Positions 50,011-61,663 of a DNA stretch of 64,000 nt are shown one piece after another. The notes under the pieces are model-generated. The model was not told the origin of the DNA, did no database searches, and saw only the letters and a program-made list of their open reading frames with translations. Position numbers and translations under genes: made by a program. The stretch covers positions 1,178,001-1,242,000 of the forward strand of contig NEEC01000009.1 in the NCBI GenBank assembly GCA_002189035.1, read 5' to 3'. Source of the stretch: Utricularia gibba (Eukaryota > Plantae > Magnoliophyta). Positions within the stretch are counted from its first letter, which is position 1. Each line of letters begins with the position of its first letter.

Positions 50011-50925
50011 ATGGAAGGCGGTGAGTTGGAGAGTGTGGTGCAGGTGTTGAGCGAGGGAAGAGAGCGGGTAGACCAGTTGGAGAGAAAGCTTCGTGGCGCC
50101 AACAAATCTGGAGAAGATGGCTGCTTTGCTCTTCTCGCTGCAGTGTCTTCTTCGATTGATGGTGCACTGGAAAAGATTCGCTGGATGGGTGCCGCTGGAA
50201 ACGATGCAACTTCGCATGTAAGCATTCCGAATGATTTGGGGTCGGTTGATAGTCATCAAGTTCAGCAGGTTTCGGACAAGAAAAGGTGAGGTTCTTTTGG
50301 TTGATTCTGGTCCCATGATTTTCATCTTCATGAATGGGTTCCCGTTTTCCAGAAAACCAATCCGAACGTGGACTGTGCATCTTACGGGAACGGAAGCACT
50401 GAATCAGGATGAGTATCAATGGAGAAAATACGGGCAGAAGAACATCCAGGACGCCAAGCATCCCAGGTGAGAGAGATGCATTGAGTCTGAACGCAAACAC
50501 AGTTATAAAAGGATGCTTAGATTTCATCAACGAACTGCAGGGCGTACTACAGATGCAGTAAGAGTAAGTCGCACAACTGTCCGGCGAAGAAATTCGTACA
50601 ACAAACGGAAGACAACCCGGTTGTCCTTACCATCAAATATCTCGGAGACCATGTTTGTGTCCAACAGAAGGCAAAGAAACCCAAACAAAATCCTACTTTT
50701 TCCGAGGAAAGACAAGATGAGCTGCAACTTGATCCCCTGAGAGAACTGCCGTATCACTACCCGACAACCGCCACCGAGTCCGTGCCTTTTGAAACACAAA
50801 TCCTTGAGGACGTCGCCGGAGAAAGCTATTCGACGTTATGGAACGCCAACCCATGTCTAGAATCGGGATTCACCGGAAGCTACAACAGCCCGGACCACAC
50901 GATGCTATTCATTTTGAATACATAG
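50011..50925 (+). CDS. Group III WRKY transcription factor (WRKY46/53/70-like), 3 exons
   Basis: Exons 50011-50285, 50353-50466 and 50541-50925. DEYQWRKYGQKNIQDAKHP|RAYYRC, with C-X7-C-X23-H-X-C (CSKSKSHNC..GDHVC) zinc finger diagnostic of group III. Confidence 0.9.
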
Positions 50926-51346
50926 ACATGGATCTAGAAATGAGTCAATATCCAACTTTCTGCTGCTAAGCCTTGCTTGGACTTCTTCTTCCCGTTTTCT
51001 AGTGCTTCTTGTGTAATGTTTAATTTCAACTTTTTTCCCCTTTTCAGTTATGAACAGTCATGCACTTCATCACATCTCGCAATCAAGTAAAATATTTCAT
51101 TAATAAATAAAAAAAGTAACAAAATCGGCTTAAAGCTGGATTTTTCAAGCCGAAAGGAGAACTACATCCTCAGTTTCGTTCTTTGTCTTTGATTATATCT
51201 CAATGTTCTAGGCATATGCGTGAAACTTTCTGCAGTATATTTGAAAAAAAGGGAATCTCTTGCCATGCTATAGCTCTTATTTTCTTGCAACATCTTAACG
51301 TTAAAATTGTTCGGTCGGATTCATGTTACGTCTTATCTAAGCAAGC

Positions 51347-51595
51347 ATGATTGGGAAGAGGGTGCAGAGTCTATGTTTGCTTCTTCTTCTCCCTTGTTTC
51401 CTGTGGTTTTCAAATGCACAACTTGCTTGTATAGCTTTTCTGAACCAGAACAAGATTCCATATAACTGTTTCCCTTCATCTGGCATTCTGATTTTCAGAA
51501 TTGACTCCACAAGAAAGAACTCGGCACCTTTAAGCAGGTGGATGAGGAGCTCTGTCATCATAGCTTATCTACTTTGGATAGTGCACATGTTTTGA
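51347..51595 (+). CDS. Candidate 82-aa secreted/GPI-anchored orphan peptide (possibly a lipid-transfer-protein relic)
   Basis: ATG with -3A. Signal-peptide-like N-terminus MIGKRVQSLCLLLLLPCFLWFSNA, a Cys-containing core, and a hydrophobic tail NSAPLSRWMRSSVIIAYLLWIVHMF*. No homologue recognised. Confidence 0.3.
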   Translation: MIGKRVQSLCLLLLLPCFLWFSNAQLACIAFLNQNKIPYNCFPSSGILIFRIDSTRKNSAPLSRWMRSSVIIAYLLWIVHMF

Positions 51596-51690
51596 AATCT
51601 GAGAATGCACAAGAACTAAGGATTTCTATGCCATTGCAATGCAATACAGAGATACAGAAGACTTTTAGCAGGTAAGAATGCAACAGATGA

Positions 51691-53388
51691 TCAATCCAAG
51701 TCTGAGACATGGGATAGCATCTCCATGATCAAGTCGTTCCAAGCATCAATTGGCCCTGGTAAGCACCAGTGCAGGCAATCATTTTGAATCTTTGCATTCT
51801 CATCCTTGCCGTCATAGGGATGGAACTGCCGGTAAACCCCTGGATGACCATCAGGCCGCAATACAGAAAGCCAGGTCGTATCCAACAACCGCAATTCCAA
51901 CCCATTTTTCTGTCGTGCTGCTGCTGCAGCCATACTGAACTCCTGAAGCTCTACATCTCGCATCATACGATCGAGTTGACCCGTTTTAACTTCTCCAGGT
52001 TTGAATGGCAAGGATCTGTTACAGTACCCACCAGAGTCCCATTCCCCATTCTCAAAGTGATCAGGAGTGGTGGTTCTGAAAATGATCAATGGCTTGTGCT
52101 TAGATTCTATGAAGAATTTGAATGTGGAGTTGAGGGATTTACGATAGGCTAAGTCCACCGGAATTTCAGTTGTGTTGGTCTTATGACATCTGTGGCAGCC
52201 TATAGGTTTGAAGTTCTCGTAGTAAATTGCAGATTTCAGAAACCATTTGCCTCCTGCGATTATTATGTAGTCCAAGTGCTGATATTGCTGAGTCCATATG
52301 CTATCCAGTTGATCAAGATGAAGCTGAATTACCCCGGAGGAAACGCCATCGTCATCCTCAAAGATACGAGCTTTTGTAAGAAAAGGAGCCCACACCAGGG
52401 AGACATTGAAGTTGTAAGAGGGAAATGACCATCTTCTGTTTTTGAAAGACTTGTCATGATAAACTTCGATAGGATCTTCAACCTGAAGAGAAACAAATCA
52501 AAGTGAGTTACTGTGGAACATGTGAGAACATGGATCTGAAAGTGTATCTGAGTTGCGAGAGAAGTGCAATTAGAAGTGGCAAGAACACAAAGGGTAATAT
52601 TCAAATGTTGAAGTTCTGATTCCCACCAATCCAGAGGATTCAAGAATCAATTCCCACCCTGAAAACATCAACTGGAATTTGGGAGCAGGCAGGTGGAAAC
52701 ATCTCAAGAAGTTTGTGCTGTGCTATGCTCACAGTTAATCCCGATGCAAAGCCAAAACAACAATATAACTTCAACAGGGGATCATAGCTGATCTTAGTGA
52801 ACTCAGCAACAGGCAAGTGGTGTGCTTATGCACAGAAAGTCACCTCTAAGAGCATGCAGAGTAATGACTGAACTTGGTTCCTCATAATGGAGTCGCCAAT
52901 GAGGGCCATAGATTTTCCTTTCATTCTGCTAAGAAATTTCATGGAATCGAAGTTTGGTAAATCGCAGTCGTTAGGTTTCCACCTCCAGTAAAGGTAATTG
53001 GAATCTGGTCTCCCATTCTTGATGCAATTCTGTGGCGCCTCGATTATGGGGCATGTAGCGTTATTGTACCTTGGGCCATTGAAATCCTGAACCCATCTTC
53101 CCACAAAGATATCGCAACTTCCTGAAATCAACAAGAATGCAAAATTTAGTACCCTCAAGCAATGAAGTTTCCATGAAAAATGAGCAAAACGAAAAAAACC
53201 CCACTAGCAAGATTCAGCGAAACAGGGACTTGTTCATCATCAGGCGCCGCGCGAGGTGTAAGCGGCGAAATGTTGGCGGAAAGGAGGCGATAGGCAAGAC
53301 CCAGGAGAAGAAAACAGCAAGCAAACTTGAGGAATGTGGGTGAAGCTGAGAACACGTTGCTTGGGAGACTGGCGCTGAACCGCTTCAT
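51691..53388 (-). CDS. TBL25: Trichome birefringence-like O-acetyltransferase (TBL25/26 clade), 3 exons
   Basis: Type II membrane N-terminus (MKRFSAS..FLKFACCFLLLGLAYRLL). CDIFVGRWV..CIKNGRPDSNYLYWRWKP..GDSIMRNQVQSL (GDS motif), RTTTPDHFENGEW, DGHPG..NDCLHWCLPGPIDAWN (DxxH). Confidence 0.9.
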
Positions 53389-53790
53389 CGGCGCCGATTG
53401 CAAACACCACCAAAAGAATGCACTTTTTGGGAACAAAAAGGCGGAAGTTGCGAAGTAGGGCAACGCTCATCTACCAGTTCCGTTCAGAAGTGAAGCATCA
53501 GCTTCAACGTGTAAACGAAGCCACGCTGCCCGACAAGCTCTCATTAAGAAGGAGCTTTGTCGTAATCAAGATTCCTCCTGGAAAGTTTTTTATTCAGTGT
53601 CATTTTTTTACAATTATTATGTCAACTTTTAATTATAAATCAAATATAAAAATGCATATCTAAATTCTGAAAAAAAATGGTAAGCTGACTCCACAATTAT
53701 TTATGATTTAAATGATTTGACCATTGTTTAAATTATCATTTAATTAAAGTAAAAAAAATGAGGGCTAAATATGTTAGGTATATAAAAATT

Positions 53791-54053
53791 AGAGGAGTAA
53801 ATATGTCAGGTACTTGGAGATTAAATATATGAATGAAGGATTACTTATGTCATTTTCATTAAATATTGAAGACTAATGGTGCCAATTTTAAAAATCTTGA
53901 GGATTAAATATATTCGTTACATGAAAAAATGGAGAAGTAAATATACCAGGTATGCAACTTTTGGAGACTAAATATATAAATCGAAGATTAGTTATGCCAT
54001 TTTCATTAAAATTAGGAACTAATCGTATCAGTTTTAAAAATCTTAAAGATTTA
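53791..54053. repeat. Two diverged ~140-bp direct repeats, AT-rich, probably MULE subterminal-derived
   Basis: Units start at 53791 and 53931 and share gagtaaatat..cagg..ttggaga(t/c)taaatatat..gatta..tatg.cattttcattaaa..actaat.gt..ttttaaaaatctt. Confidence 0.7.
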
Positions 54054-54395
54054 TGCCAGCTAGTGTTCTTTTAAAAAACACTTGTTATATTTTTTATAAA
54101 AAATATTAAATCGTGATTGAATTGTAATTAAATAATTCATTTTTTCCATATTAAAAAATGTATATTTAATTTAATTCATAAAGAATTAATCTACCAAAGG
54201 ATTCATAAATTAATCACGTTTAAAATGCATGGGGTAAATTGCAGTTCAACACAACCATTGAAAAATCAAGCAGATGAAGAAGAGGAGGGTTTTTGATGTT
54301 ATGAATTTTCAGGGTGATGCAAAAATGTACTCACCAAGAAACTCTTACCAATACCAAAGAAGACTTGGGAGGGAGCTTCCAGGGGATGCAGTGAA

Positions 54396-56405
54396 CTAAT
54401 AAGCTGTGCTGAAGTAGCTCTTGGCCCCATTTGATAGGAGTATTTGCAGCACGGTGTCGTTAGACGGGCCGATGCACCGGGGAGTCTTGAACTGGCTGAC
54501 GGCGGCTCCGAGCCCGACGTAGTGATCGAGTATCCTGTTAAACGTCCCCTTCTTCACGACTCTGAGCTCCAGGGCACCAATGGCCTTGATCTTTCTGGAC
54601 GATATGTAGCCTGCGTCCATGAAAGCAGTGTCCAGACAGTTGCAGCATTCTTGGAGGGTGTCATCGCCTGGTTCCCCTTTATTTCCCAGAAGATGACGTA
54701 GTGTCCGGGCGTAGTCGACAAATCGGTGCGACTCGTGAAGTCCACAAGCTCTACTTTCTCCTTGGAAAGCAGCTTGGCTGCTGCTTCCACTGCCAGCTGC
54801 AGATCCTTCTCTGTGTTCTTGTCGATGTTGATTGTGAGCAGGAGGTTTCTCCTGCAGATGAACTGGAGCTCGGGAGTGGAGTTGTGAAACCCTTTCACCT
54901 TTACTGCATCCCCTAATCTGTAACGGTAGAATCCTGCATACACAGAAGCCAATGCATCATTCAGCTTAGTTGAAGAGAAATCAGCTGCAAAGGAGGGGAG
55001 AAATCACCTGCAAAGTTGGTGATGATGATTTCGTAATCCTCCCCTACCTTGACATCTGTTAGTTCCACAGGTTGTGGCTGGGTAGTCATTGTGAAAGAGC
55101 CGCCTTCCTGCTCACCTTGTGGGCGCAAGGGGATGAATTCAAAATAACCAATATTTGGTAGAACGGCATATGTGACCTGTTCAGGAGGTAGCTTAGGATT
55201 AATGTTCACTCCAATCCATCCCTCGGAGGATCCATAATCAGCGCTCACGAGAGGTACCCCTGCAGCATACTGCCTCAGTTTTTTGACATATGGCTCCATG
55301 GATCCTGTCATGATCCCATAAATATACTTGACATTTGGAAACAGCTCAGGAATCACACCAAACCAGTTGCTCAGCCCCGAGCATTTCCCATATATGATGT
55401 CTGCTGATTCAGGGTCTGGTTTCAGAAGCTTTGAAACGGCTGTTCGAACTGATGGGACTGTGATCCTGCTGCTAAGGGAGCCGTCCCTTATATCAGAAGC
55501 CAGCTCTTGCCATATTTGTTCAAGGTGTCTGAAGGCTTGGACTATGCTGTGAGCAAATGTGGAGGAAATAACTTGAATTTCGTTCCGGAAAACCAGCCCA
55601 CAAAGAAGATGGCAGTAAAGAGATTGATCAAAGTCAGTTCCAAAGATCACTTCATCAGGGCTGCTGCACGGTGTCTGCATTGCTTTCATGGTTTCCTTAA
55701 ATTGCGCATTTCTGTATACATTTGTGGTGGCAGTTCCAGCTGCTAAGCCTCCTTTGGTTTTGAATTGCTTGCTGCCGTAAATGAATTGCAGTGCCTTCCC
55801 ATTTTTTACAGGATATTCTCTGCAGAATGTAGCATGAAAAAGGAACTAAAGAGACGTGCAAAACGATAATCCATGAAGCGAGGATGACCAACTACCGAAG
55901 TATGTACCTGCTTCTGAAGGCAAAAGAAGTCTTGAAGACTTGCATTGTGCTTTCCATCAATTCATCGTTGAAGGGTACGAGCTTCGGCTTTCCCTCAGTC
56001 GTCCCAGAACTGCAAGAAACGCAGAAGTTCAAAGCAACTGCACTCAAATTTTTTTTTTTTTTTTCCTTTTGTGTGTGTATCTGGAGATAAACAGAGCAAA
56101 GCATCCATCATCAATATCTACCTCAGTGAAATGGTAGTTATTGGTTTTTTTGTGAGGATGCATGGATTTCTCCCTTCAGCGATAGAATTTATGTCAGATT
56201 CCAAGTCCTTGTGAAAAACAAGGGGAATACAGTCTCTGAAACTATCAGGGTCGGTTCTCCCATTAAGACCCCATCTCTTCAAATACTCTGCTTCGCTATT
56301 TTCTTCCAAGATTTTCTTCAGTGTTTCCCTCTGAATCCTCCCAGCATCTACTGTAATTGCCTCGAATTCTTCTATCACTGCATCCAAATCTATTTCCTCC
56401 ATCAT
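54396..56405 (-). CDS. JAR1: GH3 group I jasmonoyl-isoleucine synthetase with one apparent 1-bp deletion in the last exon
   Basis: MMEEIDLDAVIEEFE.., adenylation motifs SSGTTEGKPK, DYGSSEG and YRYRLGD, C-terminal GALELRVV..QFKTPRC..SYFSTAY*. The frame breaks at CCCC 54674-54677 (WEIKG[E]PGDDTLQECCNCLD). Confidence 0.92.
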
Positions 56406-57714
56406 CTACGCCAGAGAATCCACAAAGAACTTAAACTCAAAACGGTAGAGTTCTTATGGAACAACGATTATCAGAAGCCCAACTCCACAGAATCAGCAAA
56501 GACATCAACGTTCCGTGAAGAGAAGGGAGCTGATGAATGTAACCGTGAAATGAAAAATCTGATAACAAAAAAACATAAAGGGTAAGCGAGCCGAAATGAA
56601 ACTGAAAAAAAAAACAGCAGCACCTCAACTCGTTTGGGACATAAAAATGGTATTATGTTGAAAAGTTATAGCAGTGGAAACTTCAACAAGCACATGTAGT
56701 CCTGCTCCCTGGAAAGGTATCCGATTCGGAGAAAAAAATGCTTTAGGCGCAGCAAACTCAAACTAACTTTCAACCATCATTAATGCATCCGTATCTAGTC
56801 TTCAAAGATAAATATCTGTAAAGGAAATCAGACCCTTGGTTCATCCGCACTTTCCTGTTATGACTTTAACACAGAGTTAGCATAGAGTTCTAAAAACCAA
56901 ATGAGAAGCCTAGAAAGCAACTTGTAGAAACAGGAGCGAAGCAGGTAAGCTATATAGCAAGGCCTTTACAAAAAATAATTCATATGCACAGCGCTTCTGA
57001 GTTGGAATCCTTCCTCAGAACAGAAACCCATGAAAAGAAGAGAAACCAACAAGAAGAAATCACACACACGTCTTTATATTTCTTTCGGGCGTGCGAAAGA
57101 ACTTGAGATGAAAAACAAGGCACTTAGAAACCGAGAAAAAAAGAAAAGTTACCAGGTGACCGTAACAGGGCAGTGACTGTGGCCAGACAGATATGCGGTA
57201 CTAGACAGAAGAGAGTCTTCTTCCTTTGGCACTGAAATATCGTTGGGAATCATGGTCAAATTTCTTTAATGCCCACTCACTTACCAAACGTACCTTGCAC
57301 CACTTGTAAGAAATCTGTTAGAATCTGCAGCGTGAAACATGGAGAGTGGGGCATCATATGAGCTGTCAGCATCCACAGCCAGAAACTTTATGGCTCCCAT
57401 GTCTTATTAACTGCTGCTAAAATAAAAGCCATGGCTATGGCGATGCCTTGTCATTTCAACTGACTCAATGATTGGAAAAATACAAAAGTATTCAACCCAT
57501 GCTCGTTGGCGCTCTCACAAAATAATCCAATTGGTCCCCGCACACCATTTCGCAAGAAATCCACACACACAAGTTACAGACCATTAGTGGCACATTTGAT
57601 ATGACTTCGTACAAGCAATCTGAAGATATCCCTTGGTTCATAGTGGACATGAGATCTGCCAGCTTCCATGCGTTATTATCTTTCCCTTTCAACAACAGTA
57701 GAAATCACCAGGTT

Positions 57715-57729
57715 GGGGGGGGGGGGGGG
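57715..57729. repeat. G15 homopolymer
   Basis: Seen directly, upstream of JAR1. Confidence 0.9.
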
Positions 57730-58435
57730 TGTAGATCATGAGGCCCCATATGCTGTAAAGCCATCATTAGGTATAGTGTCGTATGGGTTATTGTAGCAAG
57801 CAGTGGTCCTGACTTCTAGTAACATTGAAAGGAGCAAGCTCATATGAAACATATACGGATCTAAACTCCATGATAACTGCCAGCCATTTGCTCCAAAGTG
57901 CTTTTGCAGAAATTTTCTTAGAATAAGAGAGCAATCTTTTTCTTTACCTTAATCACAGTTAGGTCGCAACTTGCATGCGTGCAGTAGTTAAAAGGCAAAC
58001 TACTAGAACATGAGAAAGACTTCAAAAAAAAGGCAAACTTTGGAGACAAGAAAGTTAATGCTGCTATGTCCCAATCAAATTTATAAAAGATGAAAAACTA
58101 GAATACGGGACAATCTTCGAGCTGGGTCAACGTTATCAGTCTGTAGAGCACTACTTTTCCTGTTTAGACGGCTGGACCAATAGAAAAACCCAGTGGCTTG
58201 GCCTCCTTGTCATTTCCAATAATCGATATGCCAAACGACAAGGTATCCACATATTCTCTGCAAATATACACCCCAGTCTAAACCTAACCTACGAAAAAAA
58301 AGCTATGGACCTAACACAATGCAGCTTAAAGTCTCATAGAACCTTGCTAACGCTGAAGAAAACCTCCTAGAGATACGAAACAAGACTGAGGAGTTATCAA
58401 TGAAGAACTTCATGAGCTATGATGCATGATTAGGT

Positions 58436-58509
58436 TGGGCCAAAACTCACACCAAGCCCATTGGAACAAAAATCCGAGTAGTTAAAGTACTTTTATTTTA
58501 GGTTGGGCC
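58436..58509. promoter_or_regulatory. Site II cluster downstream of the MLKL 3' end
   Basis: TGGGCC at 58436 and 58504, AGCCCA at 58455. Confidence 0.55.
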
Positions 58510-59107
58510 AGGCCGAAGCAGAATAAAGTAAAATAAATGAATGGATTCTAAAGGCGTGTACCTTCGGAGACTGAAGAACCCGACCCGATTTGACCTCGAC
58601 CATTCCCCTCTGTTTTCGTTGGCGGAGGATGAAGAATTTCCTGCAGTACCTGCGACAGGAAGATCGAAATGGTTTAATGGAGATCAGCAGAATCTTCCGA
58701 GAGGATCTGGTGCTGCATTGAGTGAATAAGTATTCAACAAAGTTTTTGAAGTATAATGCAGGAGAAAGGGTGATTGATCGAAGAGAAGATTTATTTTACA
58801 CAGGTCTTTTTACTTACAGTATTTAGCCCAATAAATGGGGCACGAATTAATTGATGTATATAAACACTGAAAACTAGTTTGAATGTTGAGAGAGTACAAC
58901 TGGGTTCACTGAAACCCACAAAACCCTTCGCTTTCTTGGCATCTCTTTCTTCGAAGAACACAATCTCTCCTGGGGAAGTCACAATAAAGTAGAACAGTGA
59001 AATTTTCGAATTTTTCGGTAAGTTGATACAACATTTCTGGTCTTCTAGCGCTGTGTGTGTTCAGTGCTCATTTCCAGGTTAAGGAAAGGAGGATCCTGGA
59101 TGGGTGA

Positions 59108-61230
59108 CTAGTGCAGTTCAGAATCCGAGGAATGCCCGTATGTTCTTCTTGTTCTTGGGCTAAACAGCCTGCTTTCAGAATTCATTCTTCTCGGTGTATG
59201 AGGTGGTCTTACAACGCTTCCTCTCGGTGTTCCTGTCAAAATTCTCTACTTCAAAAACTTCAAGTCCAATGCAATGAATGCATGAAGGGGTAGTAGTGAA
59301 CCTGGTTCCACACGGGCTTTTACCCCCAGCGACTTCCGTGTCAAAGACTGCTTCCTGGGAATGATATCAGGTGATGTAAGTGATCGCAGGGACGGCAGCG
59401 ATCGTCTGCTGGATGGCGAAGCTAAGGGGTCGTCTGCTAGTGTCACATTATCATCAGTTGAAGTTCCTCCGTCACTACTGGGTTCAGAGTGATCTCTCAG
59501 GATCACAGTCGCTCTCTCCTTCTCAGCCACTCTGTAACTGAACATCTGAAATGGGATGTCATGGACGGGAGGAACCAGCTCCTGGTTTGATGTGCACGGG
59601 AAGTTTCGGATGAACCCTGCTTCCAAATCAGTGAAATCTGAAGGGGGGAGGAGAGCATCAGGCTGCCCTTGCTCCGGGTTCATCGTCAAGAAACGCTTTG
59701 TGTGACGAAGAATTCTGCATATTGATGAGAAACTTGGTCTTTGAACAGGGTCATTGTGCCAACATTTCTTTGTCAAACTAGTGAGATACTTGGGGAATGG
59801 AAAGGGAAAAGAGGTCTTTCTCCTGCTCTGATGTTTCTGCTCATTTTATCTCCTTGTAAATGTGTGTCTTCAAACGGGATTTTCCCTGTTAACAATTGGA
59901 AACATATCATTCCAAAGCTGTAAACATCGGATTTTTCGCAATACTTGGAGTTCACTTCGTCAGCTAGGGGATCTTGCTCTTGCTCTGCTAACACCTCTGG
60001 TGCAGACCAAATACAAAAGGGTTGCGGATGTTGATTATCTGACAGGGTTTTTCGATTGAGACGGGTTATCGAAGATGATAGCGCAAAACCAGATACCTTG
60101 GCATGCAAAAATCCATCACCGCAAGCTTGTCTCGATTTTATGAGGATGTTAGAAGGATTGAGTTCTCCATGCCATATTTTCTTCGAGTGCAGATATTCTA
60201 CTCCACGAGCAATCTGAAGCATGAGATCCACTGCAACTGGCAAAGCAAAGGGTAATTGTTTTCTTCGGCCACTGATTTCCTTTATATGGCTTGAGAGATC
60301 TCTACGCATCAGCTCCATGACTAAGAAGCATTCCTTTTTATCCTCATCTGTGAAGCCACATAAAGTCTGCACTATATTTGGATGGGAAAGAGTGAACTCT
60401 CTGTGAATCTCTCCTTCAAGTTGATCAATATCTCCAAAGAAATGCCTCAGCGCAAAGCTCTCTCCGAGCCACTGAATCTCCTTAAACTGACTCCCGCTAC
60501 CCAATCTCTTCTTCACTTTGTAATCCCTACAACTGACGAAAATGGAGCTTGGCAACAAAAGTCGATTCTCATTTTCAGGATTCAAGTATGCAACAAGAAC
60601 ATCGACTAATGCACGTTCCCTGTTGGAAGTTAACCTCCCTCTACTTTGCATATCCTTGATTTTCTTCAGCAGGCATAGTCTCTCTTCATCAAAAACTGAA
60701 TCCATCAGGTTGCAGAAATAGAGAGAAACTAAATAATCTTCCCCAAACAACCATTTGAATATCCTTGGATCCCTTAAATCCCCGTGATACTTAAACGATT
60801 GCAATACTCTCTTCTTCTGCATCTCTTCTTGATCACACCCTGAAATCTGTCCAGCCATTTCAATAGCCTCAATTGCTATCGGAATGCAGGTTAGCAAGTT
60901 ATGCAGAAGGAACTCCACACAGTGAGAATCTCTGTGAAGCAAAATAGCTTTACCCAGCCAGTCCCTCGGTTCTAGACACTGCTTTATGTACGCCTCTGCT
61001 TCTTTAAACACTCTAAGAAGCTCCTTCAATGGGTTATCCAAGATTTTCCATTTAGTGTTCTTTTCCTCAAATTGCAGATGCGCATTCATGTGCTTCGCAG
61101 CAGTGTTGTAACCTGAAGTTATCATTTCAGCCAATAAAGAGCATTGCCTCGGATTAAACATACTGTTTTTGAACACCATCATCGCCCTTATACTTCCCAC
61201 GGCCTCCCCCAGTTGCATAAACTGTTCCAT
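59108..61230 (-). CDS. MLKL3: Plant mixed-lineage-kinase-domain-like (MLKL) pseudokinase, At1g01450/MLKL3 type, with one apparent 1-bp deletion
   Basis: Helical N-terminus MEQFMQLGEAVGSIRAMM.. and a pseudokinase fold with FALRH, HGELNPSNI (no HRD Asp) and VSGF (no DFG). Ser-rich tail. Intron 59233-59301 and last exon ..RTYGHSSDSELH*. The frame breaks at GGGG 59792-59795 (PFHSP[K]YLTSLTKKCWH). Confidence 0.82.
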
Positions 61231-61644
61231 TTTTTTGTCCTCAGGCCGCGAGTGAATCGACAATTCCGCATTGATCCATATCGTCTTCAACAATCATTCA
61301 TGAACTAGGGCAAATCGGCAATGCTCACCTATTCGATTCGATTCCATACAGCGCCAAACGATGATCCACCATTTGGATTGACTGATCAAAGAAGGACTTC
61401 AATTCATTCACATCTCCATGATTTCGAAAACCTCGAAGCCTGCGCCATCCTCCAAGAAACTGTTGGATGATCGGATCAGGGATTGGTTGCCTTCTTCGAC
61501 GTGAATGCCATTTGCAGAATCTAAATAAATTAATTATAGATAAATATTTTTCTTAATTAATAGAGAGGGCATTTGGCGCCAAAATCTTGGGTGAATTTGA
61601 AGCCCAGTTTCAGCCCAACAATTAGATGGTAAACGAGGCAGGAC

Positions 61645-61663
61645 GGGACGGGACGGGACCGGG
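61645..61663 (+). repeat. (GGGAC)n repeat forming a canonical G-quadruplex motif
   Basis: GGGACGGGACGGGACCGGG: four G3 tracts with 2-3 nt loops. Confidence 0.75.
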
